DNA from: Candidatus Marinacidobacterales bacterium
Lineage (GTDB): Bacteria; Acidobacteriota; Vicinamibacteria; Marinacidobacterales; DATDRI01
Direction of reading: 5' to 3'
DNA length: 64,000 nt
Assembly (NCBI GenBank): GCA_965226495.1
Contig: OZ245365.1
Coordinates: 1,920,001-1,984,000 of the forward strand
Both the position numbers and the translations under genes were made by a program. Position 1 is the first letter of the stretch. Each line of letters starts with the position of its first letter. A model generated the notes under the pieces. That model had not been told where the DNA came from, made no database searches, and saw nothing but the letters and a program-made list of their open reading frames with translations. Of the stretch, positions 9,458-18,455 are shown piece by piece.

Positions 9458-11255
9458 ATGAATGTTGGTTTGGTATCAGAGATGGCCTTCCACGTCGTTG
9501 GAGGTCTCGGCATTTTTCTGCTAGGCATGAAATACATGCAGCAGGGTCTTCAAGTCGTTGCCGGCGACAAAATAAGACGCCTGATCAACGCGGTCACCTC
9601 CAACCGATTTCTGGCAGTGGGCATAGGGCTCTTCATTACCACCCTCATTCAGTCGAGCTCGGTCACTTCGGTGATGGTGATTGGCCTCGTCAACAGTGAG
9701 CTAATGACCCTCAGCGGAGCGATTGGGGTCGTCATCGGTGCCAATATCGGCACCACGATCACTGGGTGGATACTGGCGTTGAAAATAGGACAATACGGTC
9801 TCCCCCTGCTCGGCCTGGCTGCCTTTTGGCTGTTTATTAAAGGGGAAAAACTACGGTACTCAGCCCTGGTGATACTTGGGATTGGCATGGTGTTTTTCGG
9901 CTTGGAGCTTATGAAGGATGGTTTCAGCCCTGGTGATACTTGGGATTGGCATGGTGTTTTTCGGCTTGGAGCTTATGAAGGATGGTTTCAAACCGGTGAG
10001 AGATCTCCCAGACTTCGCCGCGATGTTCCAAATGTTCGAGGCCACGGATTACCTCGGTGTGTTGAAATCCGCTCTGGTCGGCTGCGTGGTGACTCTGATC
10101 GTTCAATCCTCGTCAGCCACCCTCGGGATGACGATCGCCCTCGCCAATACCGGCGTTGTCGATTTTCAAACCGCAGGAGCTTTAGTTTTGGGCACAAATG
10201 TTGGGACGACAATTACCGCCTTTCTGGCTTCCTTAGGGGCGGACGATGTCAACGCCAAACGGACCGCCTACTTTCACATATTGTTCAACGTGTTTGGAGT
10301 TGCAGTGATCACGGCTCTTTTCCTCCCTGTGTATCTCCCCTTCATAGATAACGTCGTGATGCGAGGTGTGGATCCCAACATGCAGCTGCCGGGGGGGACC
10401 TTTCCCTACATGACTGCCGGGATTGCTGTGGTACATACGGTGTTCAACGTTGTGACGGCGCTCTTGTTCATTCCGTTCATCACATCCATAGCAAATGCCC
10501 TGAGAAAACTGGTTAAGGACAAGCCCAAGGCGGAAAAAGTTCGTTTGACGCACTTGGATTTTGGCCTGGTAAGTTCACCTTTGATCGCGATCGAACAATC
10601 TGGCTTTGAAATTGCGCGTACGGATCAACACGTAAGAACGATGCTGGATGACTTGCGTACCGTTATTACCAATAAGAAGGAGCACCGAGAGCTGATCGAT
10701 AAGACTTTCCAGCGAGAGGGGATTATCGACAACGTTCAAGTCGAAGTTACGCGGTTTCTAACCGATCTACTTGCCATTGACCTGAGTCATCACGTCGCTG
10801 AGGAGGCGAGATCCCAGCTGCGATTAGCAGACGAGTTCGAATCGGTTAGCGATTACGTCGCCAATGTCTTGAAGCTCTACCTGCGGTTACGAGAAGCTAA
10901 CGTGGCTCTATCGCCGGTACAACAAAAAGAGTTGCTGGGGTTACACGACTTGATCGCCGCCTATTACGACAGCGTGCATGAAGGTTTTTCGGTTGACGTT
11001 TACGATGAGTACTTGGCTGGAATACGTCGGGGTAGCCGTGAGATTACCGATAAGATCAGGGCGTTGAGAGACCGCCACTGGAACCGATTATCTGAAGAGA
11101 CTGTTGATCCGTTGATCAGTACCTCTTATATGGACATTGCGAATGCCTACCGAAGAATGAAGGATCACCTATTGAACATCGGGGAGGCGATAGTGGGCGG
11201 CAAAGATATCGGCAGACAAAGAATCGAGTCTCCGGAGGAAGTGGCCTCGGAGTGA
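9458..11255 (+). pseudogene. Na/Pi cotransporter with PhoU-like C-terminus, frameshifted by a 64-bp duplication
   Basis: QSSSVT / GANIGTT and QSSSAT / GTNVGTT repeats split over two frames; duplication at 9860 and 9924. Confidence 0.88.
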
Positions 11256-11360
11256 GCAAGGAGAGGGCGAGCACTGTTCGCGAATTATCAAACAGGGAGA
11301 AGTGGGCCCGGTCAGTCCCGAGCGGGAGTGCCGGGCCCGCACTGCAGCAAGGGGTTCACA

Positions 11361-12692
11361 CTAATTTTTCTCCCAAAGCCGCTGCCACCAGCTCCCACCT
11401 TCAGGACTCCCCCCGCGCAGGTTCATCTTCTGGCGGATCTCATTGATGTTCCAACCGGTGATCGATGCCAGCGTCTGAGCCTCTTGCTCCTGCCGCTGTA
11501 TGACGTTGCGCCGGTACTCCTGCGCCACCGGACAGTTGTCACGGCCCTTCCACGGATGACGCAGTACGTAGCGTCCCTGAAAGTTGGTGCGATCGGAGGT
11601 TTCCTGGAAGACGAGGTCTTCGGGAAAGTGCTCGCCGTCGTAGCGAACGTGAAGTCGCGTCACGAAGACTTGCTGCGCCTTTGAGCCGCGTCCCTGGCGT
11701 CCGTCCAGCCAGAAAACGCCCAGCTCGCGAAGCTCGTCATAAGAGAGAGGGTCCGCCGCACAAGGGTCGCACCAGGCCATGTCCCACGCGTACTCCAAGA
11801 ACACCGTCCTCATATTCTGCTTCCTGACTTGCTCCGCGAACATCGCGCGATAGAAGTCGCCGAACTCGTTCTTGACGAAGACGGGTATCTCCATCCCGGT
11901 GGGGAGCTGGGTGGTGCGGTAGTTGGTGGTCTCCACACGGCCGTTCTTGGTCAGGGCGTAGATGAAGAGCTCTTGCGGACCGTCGGCGTTCACTGTGCCG
12001 AGTCGGATGGGAAGCATGAACTTCGGGGACTGGTAGGCGACCTGGAGGGGGCGAAGATAGTTGTAACCGAGCTTCGACTGCTCCTCGAGGTTCACCCTGG
12101 CCACGAAGAACCTCATGTTCTGTTTGATGTAGCTTCCGAGGACGCGCGAAGCACCGGGCGGTAGCTTGTAGCCGTTCTGCTTGAGCCACTTTTCGAGGCC
12201 GTTGCTCTGCTCGGCCGAGAGGATCAAGATGTCGTACTCGGCGACGGTGTATTGGGCTTCGATGGTCACCCCGAGGCTTCGAGCCTCGGCATTCGCCGAC
12301 TTTCGCAGGCGTCCTCCCGCTGCGGCCGGTGCCTCCTGGGCCATGTCGTACATACCGTAGCGGCAAGGGTCTTCGTCGAAGTACTCCACCAGTCGCGGCG
12401 ACGTATAGGCATCCAGGTGATCGATCAGGGCCTTGTTAGTAACGTGGATCTGCCCGCGCTCGATGAAGGTGGGTACCGGGACGACCACCGCGAACTCCTT
12501 TGGGTCGCCCCGAAAATCGTTGGCCATGGTGATGACGGTTTTGTCATCGTGTCGGACCAGGACCACCTGCGAGGCTTTGTTGAAGAGCTTCGCGTCGGCC
12601 TTGGCCACGTAGAATCCGCAAAAGGCTCTCACCGATCCCTGCGAGAATGCCGCCGCCAGGACGAGAGCCGACAAGATCAATAACCGTTTCAT
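11361..12692 (-). CDS. DUF2330 domain secreted protein
   Basis: Signal peptide then FCGFYVAKADAKLFNKASQV; FMLPIRLG; CDPC motif. Confidence 0.85.
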   Translation of the reverse strand: MKRLLILSALVLAAAFSQGSVRAFCGFYVAKADAKLFNKASQVVLVRHDDKTVITMANDFRGDPKEFAVVVPVPTFIERGQIHVTNKALIDHLDAYTSPRLVEYFDEDPCRYGMYDMAQEAPAAAGGRLRKSANAEARSLGVTIEAQYTVAEYDILILSAEQSNGLEKWLKQNGYKLPPGASRVLGSYIKQNMRFFVARVNLEEQSKLGYNYLRPLQVAYQSPKFMLPIRLGTVNADGPQELFIYALTKNGRVETTNYRTTQLPTGMEIPVFVKNEFGDFYRAMFAEQVRKQNMRTVFLEYAWDMAWCDPCAADPLSYDELRELGVFWLDGRQGRGSKAQQVFVTRLHVRYDGEHFPEDLVFQETSDRTNFQGRYVLRHPWKGRDNCPVAQEYRRNVIQRQEQEAQTLASITGWNINEIRQKMNLRGGSPEGGSWWQRLWEKN

Positions 12693-13542
12693 TGTTGTCT
12701 CCTTTGCTAAGAGCGACAGGTGTCACCGCCGCACGTTTCCATTGGTATTGGGTTCCCGGCAGCAGCCGGTCGATGAGTGGGACGAGCATCGCGAATAAGG
12801 CCAGAGACCAGAGCAATCCGTTAGGGCGATAGAGAACGAAGTGGACGAATCCGGCTCCGACGGCGACGAGCAAGGCGAAGAGAATTCTGCCGGCGCGGGT
12901 GTCGGGGGTGGTCTTCGGATCGGAGATCATGAAGAACGCGAACAGAAGGAACGCTCCGCTTTGGAGCCGGTGCCAAGGAATCGTCATCGGCTCGCCAAGC
13001 CAGAAAGAGCGGCCAAAGAGGACCACGAGATAAAAACCGAGAAACGCGTAAGTCACGTCGCTGCGGGATGAACGGTTCACGACGAGTCCGCCGAGAGACG
13101 CCATCAAGAAACCGAAATAGAGACCGGCGCCCCATTGACCCGGTGAGACCCAGGCTTCACCGGTCAGAAGAATCGCGGCCACGAGACCGAAGTTCGTGGG
13201 GTTGAAGACGTGCTTTCCGTTCCAGCGGATGTAGAACTTACTGGCAATGGTGATGCCGGCGGCCCCCAGCGCGACGGCCAGGAAGTTGGTTCGCAGCAGC
13301 AGGCACAACGAGAGGCCAGAGATGAGAGCGCTTTTGGGATCGAATCGCGGCAATCCAGAAAGCCTTGTGCACACATACTGAGTGAGCTGAGCGGTAATCA
13401 GGATGCCGATGGCGTGCGCGGCGCGGACTTCGAAATCGAGCCAGAGAATGCCGTAAACGAGAAGGGTGGTCAGGACCGCGATCTGATAGTGGCGGGGGTC
13501 TCCGAGCTTTATGAGTTGGCCGAGTCGGCCTAGTTTGGTCAT
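12544..13542 (-). CDS. Stand-alone RnfD/NqrB-like membrane protein
   Basis: DPRHYQI, KHVFNPTNFG and FFMISDPKTTP motifs; many hydrophobic segments. Confidence 0.8.
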   Translation of the reverse strand: MTKLGRLGQLIKLGDPRHYQIAVLTTLLVYGILWLDFEVRAAHAIGILITAQLTQYVCTRLSGLPRFDPKSALISGLSLCLLLRTNFLAVALGAAGITIASKFYIRWNGKHVFNPTNFGLVAAILLTGEAWVSPGQWGAGLYFGFLMASLGGLVVNRSSRSDVTYAFLGFYLVVLFGRSFWLGEPMTIPWHRLQSGAFLLFAFFMISDPKTTPDTRAGRILFALLVAVGAGFVHFVLYRPNGLLWSLALFAMLVPLIDRLLPGTQYQWKRAAVTPVALSKGDNNETVIDLVGSRPGGGILAGIGESLLRILRGQGRREALQQSLAGGPGPTR

Positions 13543-13778
13543 CCGTACCCTCCCATAGCTCCGTTCGCTATTGGAGGAGGTACTGGCGGGCGGCGGCTTT
13601 ATTCCCTCGGGTCGAGGCTATAATCCTTTCTCCGACGGGGGACGCAATGCACATATTTCGCGCACTGAGCAGGCTGATGAGAAACGGGGGAGCCTGCGCG
13701 ACCGGAGGGAGCCCGGCGCGACTGCGCGCCGACGAAAGGCCGGCCGTGGGGGTGGGGCCCCGCGGCCTTGGCATCCTA

Positions 13779-14408
13779 ATGATAGCGATTTTGGGAGCAA
13801 GTTCGGGCCTGGGAAGCGCTCAGACCTTGGAAATAGTGCCTTTTTACGGTTGGCAATTCGGCGGCGGGTTTGGTGTCGAAGACGGTCGTGTCGAGGTCAA
13901 GGCGGCCCCTGTTTTCGGGTTCTTGGTGGATGTGCGGGTGCGTCCGGATGCCGCGGTCGAGTTCATCTACAGCCGGCAACAGACGACGCTCGAGCTCAGG
14001 AGCACCGACGCCCTTCGGCCCAGCGCCGAGTTCTTGGACTTGAACGTCGAGTACTTCCAGGCGGGCGGGGTGTACGAGTTCTTGGGCGACGACGCAGAGT
14101 TTTTCGACGACGATGGCGACAAGCCCGCCGTGCGCCCGTTTATTGTACTGACCCTCGGCGCAACGCGGTTCAGCCCGAGCCTGGCTGGCGCAGGGAGCGA
14201 TTGGCGTTTCTCGCTGAGCTTCGGTGGCGGCGTCAAAGTGTTTCTCTCCAGGCGGCTGGGCTTTCGCCTCGACGCCCGCGCTTGGCCCACATTTGTAGCG
14301 GGTGGTGGTGCCTTCTTTTGCTCGCTTCCGGGGGGATGCTTGTTTGCCTTTGGCGGCTCGGCATCGTGGCAGGCAAGCGGCACCGCCGGCCTGATCATCG
14401 CTTTTTAA
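13779..14408 (+). CDS. Outer-membrane beta-barrel protein (start uncertain, may be as far up as 13647)
   Basis: Alternating beta strands, FSLSFGGGVKVF..RLGFRLDAR, C-terminal Phe. Confidence 0.75.
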   Translation: MIAILGASSGLGSAQTLEIVPFYGWQFGGGFGVEDGRVEVKAAPVFGFLVDVRVRPDAAVEFIYSRQQTTLELRSTDALRPSAEFLDLNVEYFQAGGVYEFLGDDAEFFDDDGDKPAVRPFIVLTLGATRFSPSLAGAGSDWRFSLSFGGGVKVFLSRRLGFRLDARAWPTFVAGGGAFFCSLPGGCLFAFGGSASWQASGTAGLIIAF

Positions 14409-14413
14409 CCCCT

Positions 14414-14472
14414 TGCACAGTTTTGGATCCGACCCCCAGTTGTGGTGCAAGGGTCGGATCTAAAAATGTGCA
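14414..14472. repeat. 22-bp imperfect inverted repeat (REP-like hairpin or terminator)
   Basis: TGCACAGTTTTGGATCCGACCC ... GGGTCGGATCTAAAAATGTGCA, 2 mismatches. Confidence 0.75.
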
Positions 14473-14524
14473 CGGTCCACTCACATATGGGGCCGGGAGG
14501 TCAAGGGACCCCTACATCTTGCCG

Positions 14525-14559
14525 TTGACCTACACCTAATTTGCACCTATATTACCCCC
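14525..14559 (+). promoter_or_regulatory. sigma70 promoter of lexA with a candidate LexA box
   Basis: TTGACC (14525-14530), 17-bp spacer, TATATT (14548-14553); the spacer contains CACC-N7-CACC; ATG begins 7 nt after the -10 and no SD is present. Confidence 0.7.
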
Positions 14560-15168
14560 ATGGATTTAACTCAGAAACAACAAGCCGTTTTCGATTACTT
14601 GAAGGCTTATCGGGGCGAGAACGGGCGACCTCCTTCCTATGAGGAAATCCGCGAGGAGTTCGGCTTCGCCTCTTTGAACTCGGTGCGGAAGCATCTGCAA
14701 CAGCTTGAACGAAAAGGGTTTATCAAATCGCCCTGGGGGAACCAAAAAAGGGCCCTGGAGATTGTTTCCGACCAGCCGGAAGCGGCCGCCGCCGTTTCAT
14801 TGCCCCTGCTAGGTACGGTCGCGGCCGGTGGGCCTCTCGAAGTCTCAGAGGTTCCCGAGACCATCGATGTCCCTGAAGTTCTTATCGGTCGGGGCGAGCA
14901 CTTCGCCTTGAAGGTAACCGGCGACAGCATGGTGGACGACGGCATTCATGAAGACGATTTACTGATCGTGCAGAGGCGAGAGAGTGCCGAGCCCGGCCAG
15001 ACAGTGGTGGCGCTGGTTGAAGGCGAAGCCACCGTCAAGCGGTTCTACCGGCACGGGGAGCGAATCGAGCTCCGTCCGGCCAATCCGAATTACTCTCCCC
15101 TGATTGTGGGAGAGGAGGCAGTCCGCATCCGAGGAATCGTCGTCGGGCTGATACGAAAATATGCCTAG
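14560..15168 (+). CDS. lexA: LexA repressor
   Basis: wHTH (PPSYEEI..FGFASLNSV..HL), Ala-Gly cleavage site (VAAG), catalytic Ser (GDSM) and Lys (TVKR). Confidence 0.96.
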   Translation: MDLTQKQQAVFDYLKAYRGENGRPPSYEEIREEFGFASLNSVRKHLQQLERKGFIKSPWGNQKRALEIVSDQPEAAAAVSLPLLGTVAAGGPLEVSEVPETIDVPEVLIGRGEHFALKVTGDSMVDDGIHEDDLLIVQRRESAEPGQTVVALVEGEATVKRFYRHGERIELRPANPNYSPLIVGEEAVRIRGIVVGLIRKYA

Positions 15169-15391
15169 CAAGAGGACAAGCAAGAAAATGGTCCGGCTCC
15201 CCAAGGATCTTTACCATCGTCTCGAGAAGGTAGCCGGTCAGCAGGCCCGAGTAAAAGACAACCCATTGGATGATGTGATCCGCGATGCGGTAGAGATCCA
15301 ATATGGCGAGGGAGGGCTTACCACGAGGTTGCGAGCTATCGGTGCTTGGCTCGAGTTCAGGCCTCGTCGTCACGTGGTCAAAGAAAGTTAA
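15161..15391 (+). CDS. Small CopG/ribbon-helix-helix-like protein
   Basis: MVRLPKDLYHRLEKVA...LDDVIRDAVE pattern; overlaps the lexA stop. Confidence 0.6.
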   Translation: MPSKRTSKKMVRLPKDLYHRLEKVAGQQARVKDNPLDDVIRDAVEIQYGEGGLTTRLRAIGAWLEFRPRRHVVKES

Positions 15392-15479
15392 TCTTCATTT
15401 TTTCTAGTCGCAACTAGCGTTTTTCTCGGAAACACCCAGTCAATCTAAGGGGAGAAGTGTCTCTAGAGGGAGGTGTCAA

Positions 15480-16331
15480 GTGATTTTCATCGGCACGAGC
15501 GGGTACGGTTATCACAACTGGTCTCCTAGCTTTTATCCATCGTGGTTGCTTTATGAAGACTACCTAGATTTTTACTCCGAACAATTCAATTGCTGCGAGC
15601 TGACATTCACCCGTTACCGGATGCCGACCGTGGAGGATCAAGAGAGTTTGCTTCGCCGCTCGGCAGGAAGACTTGTGTTTACCGTGAAGGCGCATCGTCG
15701 CCTGACGCATCAACGTCCACTAGAGACGAAGGACCTGAGCCTGGCCCATCATTTTGCTGCTTCGCTGGCTCCGCTTGTCCAAGCCCGGAAGTTGGGAGCG
15801 GTGGTGGCCCAGTTTCCTTTTTCCTTCATCAATAACCCTGAGCATCGTGCTTACGTCTGTCGACTCCGGGCGGCACTGGATGGGCTTCCGCTGATAACGG
15901 AATTTCGTCACGACAGTTGGTTCGACGAGGAGACGCTCCACTTTCTCCGAGGATGGGATATCGGTGTCGCGTGTGTGGATGTTCCGAAACTAGCCAAGCT
16001 TCCCGGTCCTCGTGCTCTTGTGACCTCCGAGTTGGGCTACGTGCGCTTCCATGGACGCAACGCCTCTCGGTGGTGGAAGTGGTGGGCGCCAAGAAGCAAA
16101 GATCAAGGTTACCGCTACGATTACAATTACCGCCGTCGTGAGCTGATGGGCTGGATACCCCGCTTGCGAGAGATCGAGAAGCAGAGCCAACACACTTTCG
16201 TCATCTTCAATAACCACTGGCAGGGCCAAGCGGTCATCAATGCTCAGGCGCTTCAGAAGATTCTGAATAAGCGGAACAGTTCGATCGCCACCGCCCGCCA
16301 GACGGTCGCTCCTCAGCTGCTAGCGGGGTAG
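15480..16331 (+). CDS. DUF72 (YecE-like) protein
   Basis: IGTSGY.Y..W, FTVKAHR.LTH, EFRH.SW, YVRFHGRN, FNNH motifs. Confidence 0.9.
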   Translation: MIFIGTSGYGYHNWSPSFYPSWLLYEDYLDFYSEQFNCCELTFTRYRMPTVEDQESLLRRSAGRLVFTVKAHRRLTHQRPLETKDLSLAHHFAASLAPLVQARKLGAVVAQFPFSFINNPEHRAYVCRLRAALDGLPLITEFRHDSWFDEETLHFLRGWDIGVACVDVPKLAKLPGPRALVTSELGYVRFHGRNASRWWKWWAPRSKDQGYRYDYNYRRRELMGWIPRLREIEKQSQHTFVIFNNHWQGQAVINAQALQKILNKRNSSIATARQTVAPQLLAG

Positions 16332-16342
16332 GGGAGACAACC

Positions 16343-16990
16343 GTGGCTCGCCAGAGTTTTGTCACCACCCGTCTCTCTGCCGATAGCAAGTTACGAGTCG
16401 TCGCTCCCTGGGGGGTTCCTCAAATTGCCGGGCGCCTAGTAGAGCTTTCCGGAACCGGAGCGACGGCGACGCTGACCGCGGCTTTCGGGCTGGTGCTCGA
16501 GGCGCAATGGAGGGGCGAGCCCGTCGCCTGGATCACATTGCCGTCGAGCACATTTTTCCCGCCCGATGCTGCGGCGGGTGGTATCGACTTGGATTCCCTC
16601 GCGGTCGTTCGTGCCCGTGATTCTTACACTGCGGCGCGATCGGCGATGCAACTCGTTCGCTCGGGTGGGTTTGGACTCGTGGCGATTGACCTCGGCCCGA
16701 AGCCGGCCCCCGCAAGCATGGGACAAAAGCGCGTCGAATACACGTCCATTCCCACGTCGCTGCTGACGCGTCTAGTCGGACTGGCCAAGAAACACGACAC
16801 CGCGGTCGTTGTCCTTACTGAAAAGCCGACCCATGCGAGCTCTCTCGGTTCCCTAGTTTCGCTGAGGGCAGAGGCTCGCCGGCCTCCAGCGGCTCCTTAT
16901 CGCATCGAGCTCTCGGTTCTCAAAGACAAAAGACGCGGCCCGGGACAAGTACATCGGGAGACTTGCCGTGGTCCGGCTGGCATGTGTTGA
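16343..16990 (+). CDS. imuA: ImuA / RecA-like accessory protein
   Basis: GRLVELSG with degenerate P-loop, FFPPDAAAGGIDL, LVRSGGFGLVAIDL; position before imuB. Confidence 0.85.
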   Translation: MARQSFVTTRLSADSKLRVVAPWGVPQIAGRLVELSGTGATATLTAAFGLVLEAQWRGEPVAWITLPSSTFFPPDAAAGGIDLDSLAVVRARDSYTAARSAMQLVRSGGFGLVAIDLGPKPAPASMGQKRVEYTSIPTSLLTRLVGLAKKHDTAVVVLTEKPTHASSLGSLVSLRAEARRPPAAPYRIELSVLKDKRRGPGQVHRETCRGPAGMC

Positions 16991-18455
16991 TGTTCCGGCG
17001 TTCCCACTCCAACTCCTCCTCCGGGAACATCCGGATTGGAAGGAGTTTCCGGTCGCCGTGGTTGCCGAAGATCGACCGAACTCTCCTCTGCTCTGGGTAA
17101 ACGAGAAGGCTAGGCGAGCGCGCGTCCTCCCCGGGCAACGTTATGCCCAAGCGTTGTCGCTGTCGTCCGAACTAAGGGCCGGTACCGTTTCCCGTCATGA
17201 GATCGAAAAAGGCGTCGAGCTTCTCACCGATCGACTCCGTCATTTCACGCCGGAGGTGGAGCCGGGGCTCGACACGCCGGGCGTCTTCTGGCTGAATGCC
17301 CAAGGACTGGAGCGGCTCTACAAAAGCCTGGAGGACTGGGCGGGTGCGATCGGCAAAGATCTCCTGAAGGCTGGATTTTTATCCACCGTCGTCGTGGGCT
17401 TCACTCGCTTCGGGACTTATGCGGTGGCCAAGTCCATCCTAGGAGTGAAGGTCTTCCAGGATGCCGGTGAGGAAAACCGGGTTGCCCGCCGTGTGAAGCT
17501 GGATCGTTTGGAGATCGAGCCCGCGGTGCGTGACGCCCTGGATAAGCTCGGGGTTCGCACGGTTGCGGGTTTCCTCAAGCTTCCGGCCAAGGGACTCCTG
17601 AAGCGATTCGGCGTCGAAGCGCATCGGTTGTACCGTCTCGCCGCCGGAGATCTCTGGGCCCCTCTTCAACCTCATCCCGCCGTGGAGCCCCTCGAGCGCC
17701 AGTTCTTGCTGGATGCTCCGGACTCCGATTCCGAGCGCTTGTTGTTTCTCGTAAAAAGAATGCTGGACTCGCTTCTGGCGGAGTTGGTGCCGAAAAGCAA
17801 AGCGCTGACCGAGGTCGCGCTTCGCCTGGTTCTCGATCGCGAGGGAGAGTATGGAGAGCGGATTCGCACCGCGGCGCCGACCGTCGACAGCGCGCAGATC
17901 CTAGGACTCATCCGACTGCGCCTGGAGTCTTTGCGACTCGATTCGGGCGTGGTGGCGCTCCACTTGACCGTTTGTGGAACGAAGGTTCTCCCTGAACAAG
18001 ATCTTTTGTTCACCGAGAAACCGCGCCGCGATCTGGAGGCGGGCAGTCGCGCTCTTGCTCGTCTACGGGCAGAGTTTGGGGAGACGGTCGTGGTGCGCGC
18101 CCATTTGCAAAATAACCATCTTCCTCAGGCGAGCTTCCGATGGGAGCCCATGGAAAAAACAACCATCCCTCATCCTCAAAAAAAGAGCAGTCCTCGTCTT
18201 CTGGTGAGAAGAATCTACGAAAGGCCACTTCTCCTTCCACATCGGTCCCGACACGAGCCCGATGGCTGGCTCTTGCGCGGGCTCGAGCACGGGCCTGTCC
18301 AAAAGTTCGTCGGCCCTTACGTTTTTTCCGGAGGTTGGTGGGCGGGTGGCGTCCACCGCGAGTATTACTTCGTGAACATGCTTCGCGGAGAGGTGCTTTG
18401 GGTTTTTTACGATCGAAAGCGACGTCGCTGGTTTCTGGAAGGACGCGTCGAGTGA
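16968..18455 (+). CDS. imuB: ImuB, inactive Y-family polymerase
   Basis: [14 protein letters not shown]-terminus, C-terminal SGGWW..REYY..LWVFYD....WFLEG; cassette context. Confidence 0.9.
   Translation: MVRLACVDVPAFPLQLLLREHPDWKEFPVAVVAEDRPNSPLLWVNEKARRARVLPGQRYAQALSLSSELRAGTVSRHEIEKGVELLTDRLRHFTPEVEPGLDTPGVFWLNAQGLERLYKSLEDWAGAIGKDLLKAGFLSTVVVGFTRFGTYAVAKSILGVKVFQDAGEENRVARRVKLDRLEIEPAVRDALDKLGVRTVAGFLKLPAKGLLKRFGVEAHRLYRLAAGDLWAPLQPHPAVEPLERQFLLDAPDSDSERLLFLVKRMLDSLLAELVPKSKALTEVALRLVLDREGEYGERIRTAAPTVDSAQILGLIRLRLESLRLDSGVVALHLTVCGTKVLPEQDLLFTEKPRRDLEAGSRALARLRAEFGETVVVRAHLQNNHLPQASFRWEPMEKTTIPHPQKKSSPRLLVRRIYERPLLLPHRSRHEPDGWLLRGLEHGPVQKFVGPYVFSGGWWAGGVHREYYFVNMLRGEVLWVFYDRKRRRWFLEGRVE

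Noticed and set aside
18140-18451. N-terminal extension of DnaE2 in the ORF track
   Set aside because: It lies inside imuB; the PHP domain starts at the GTG at 18452.
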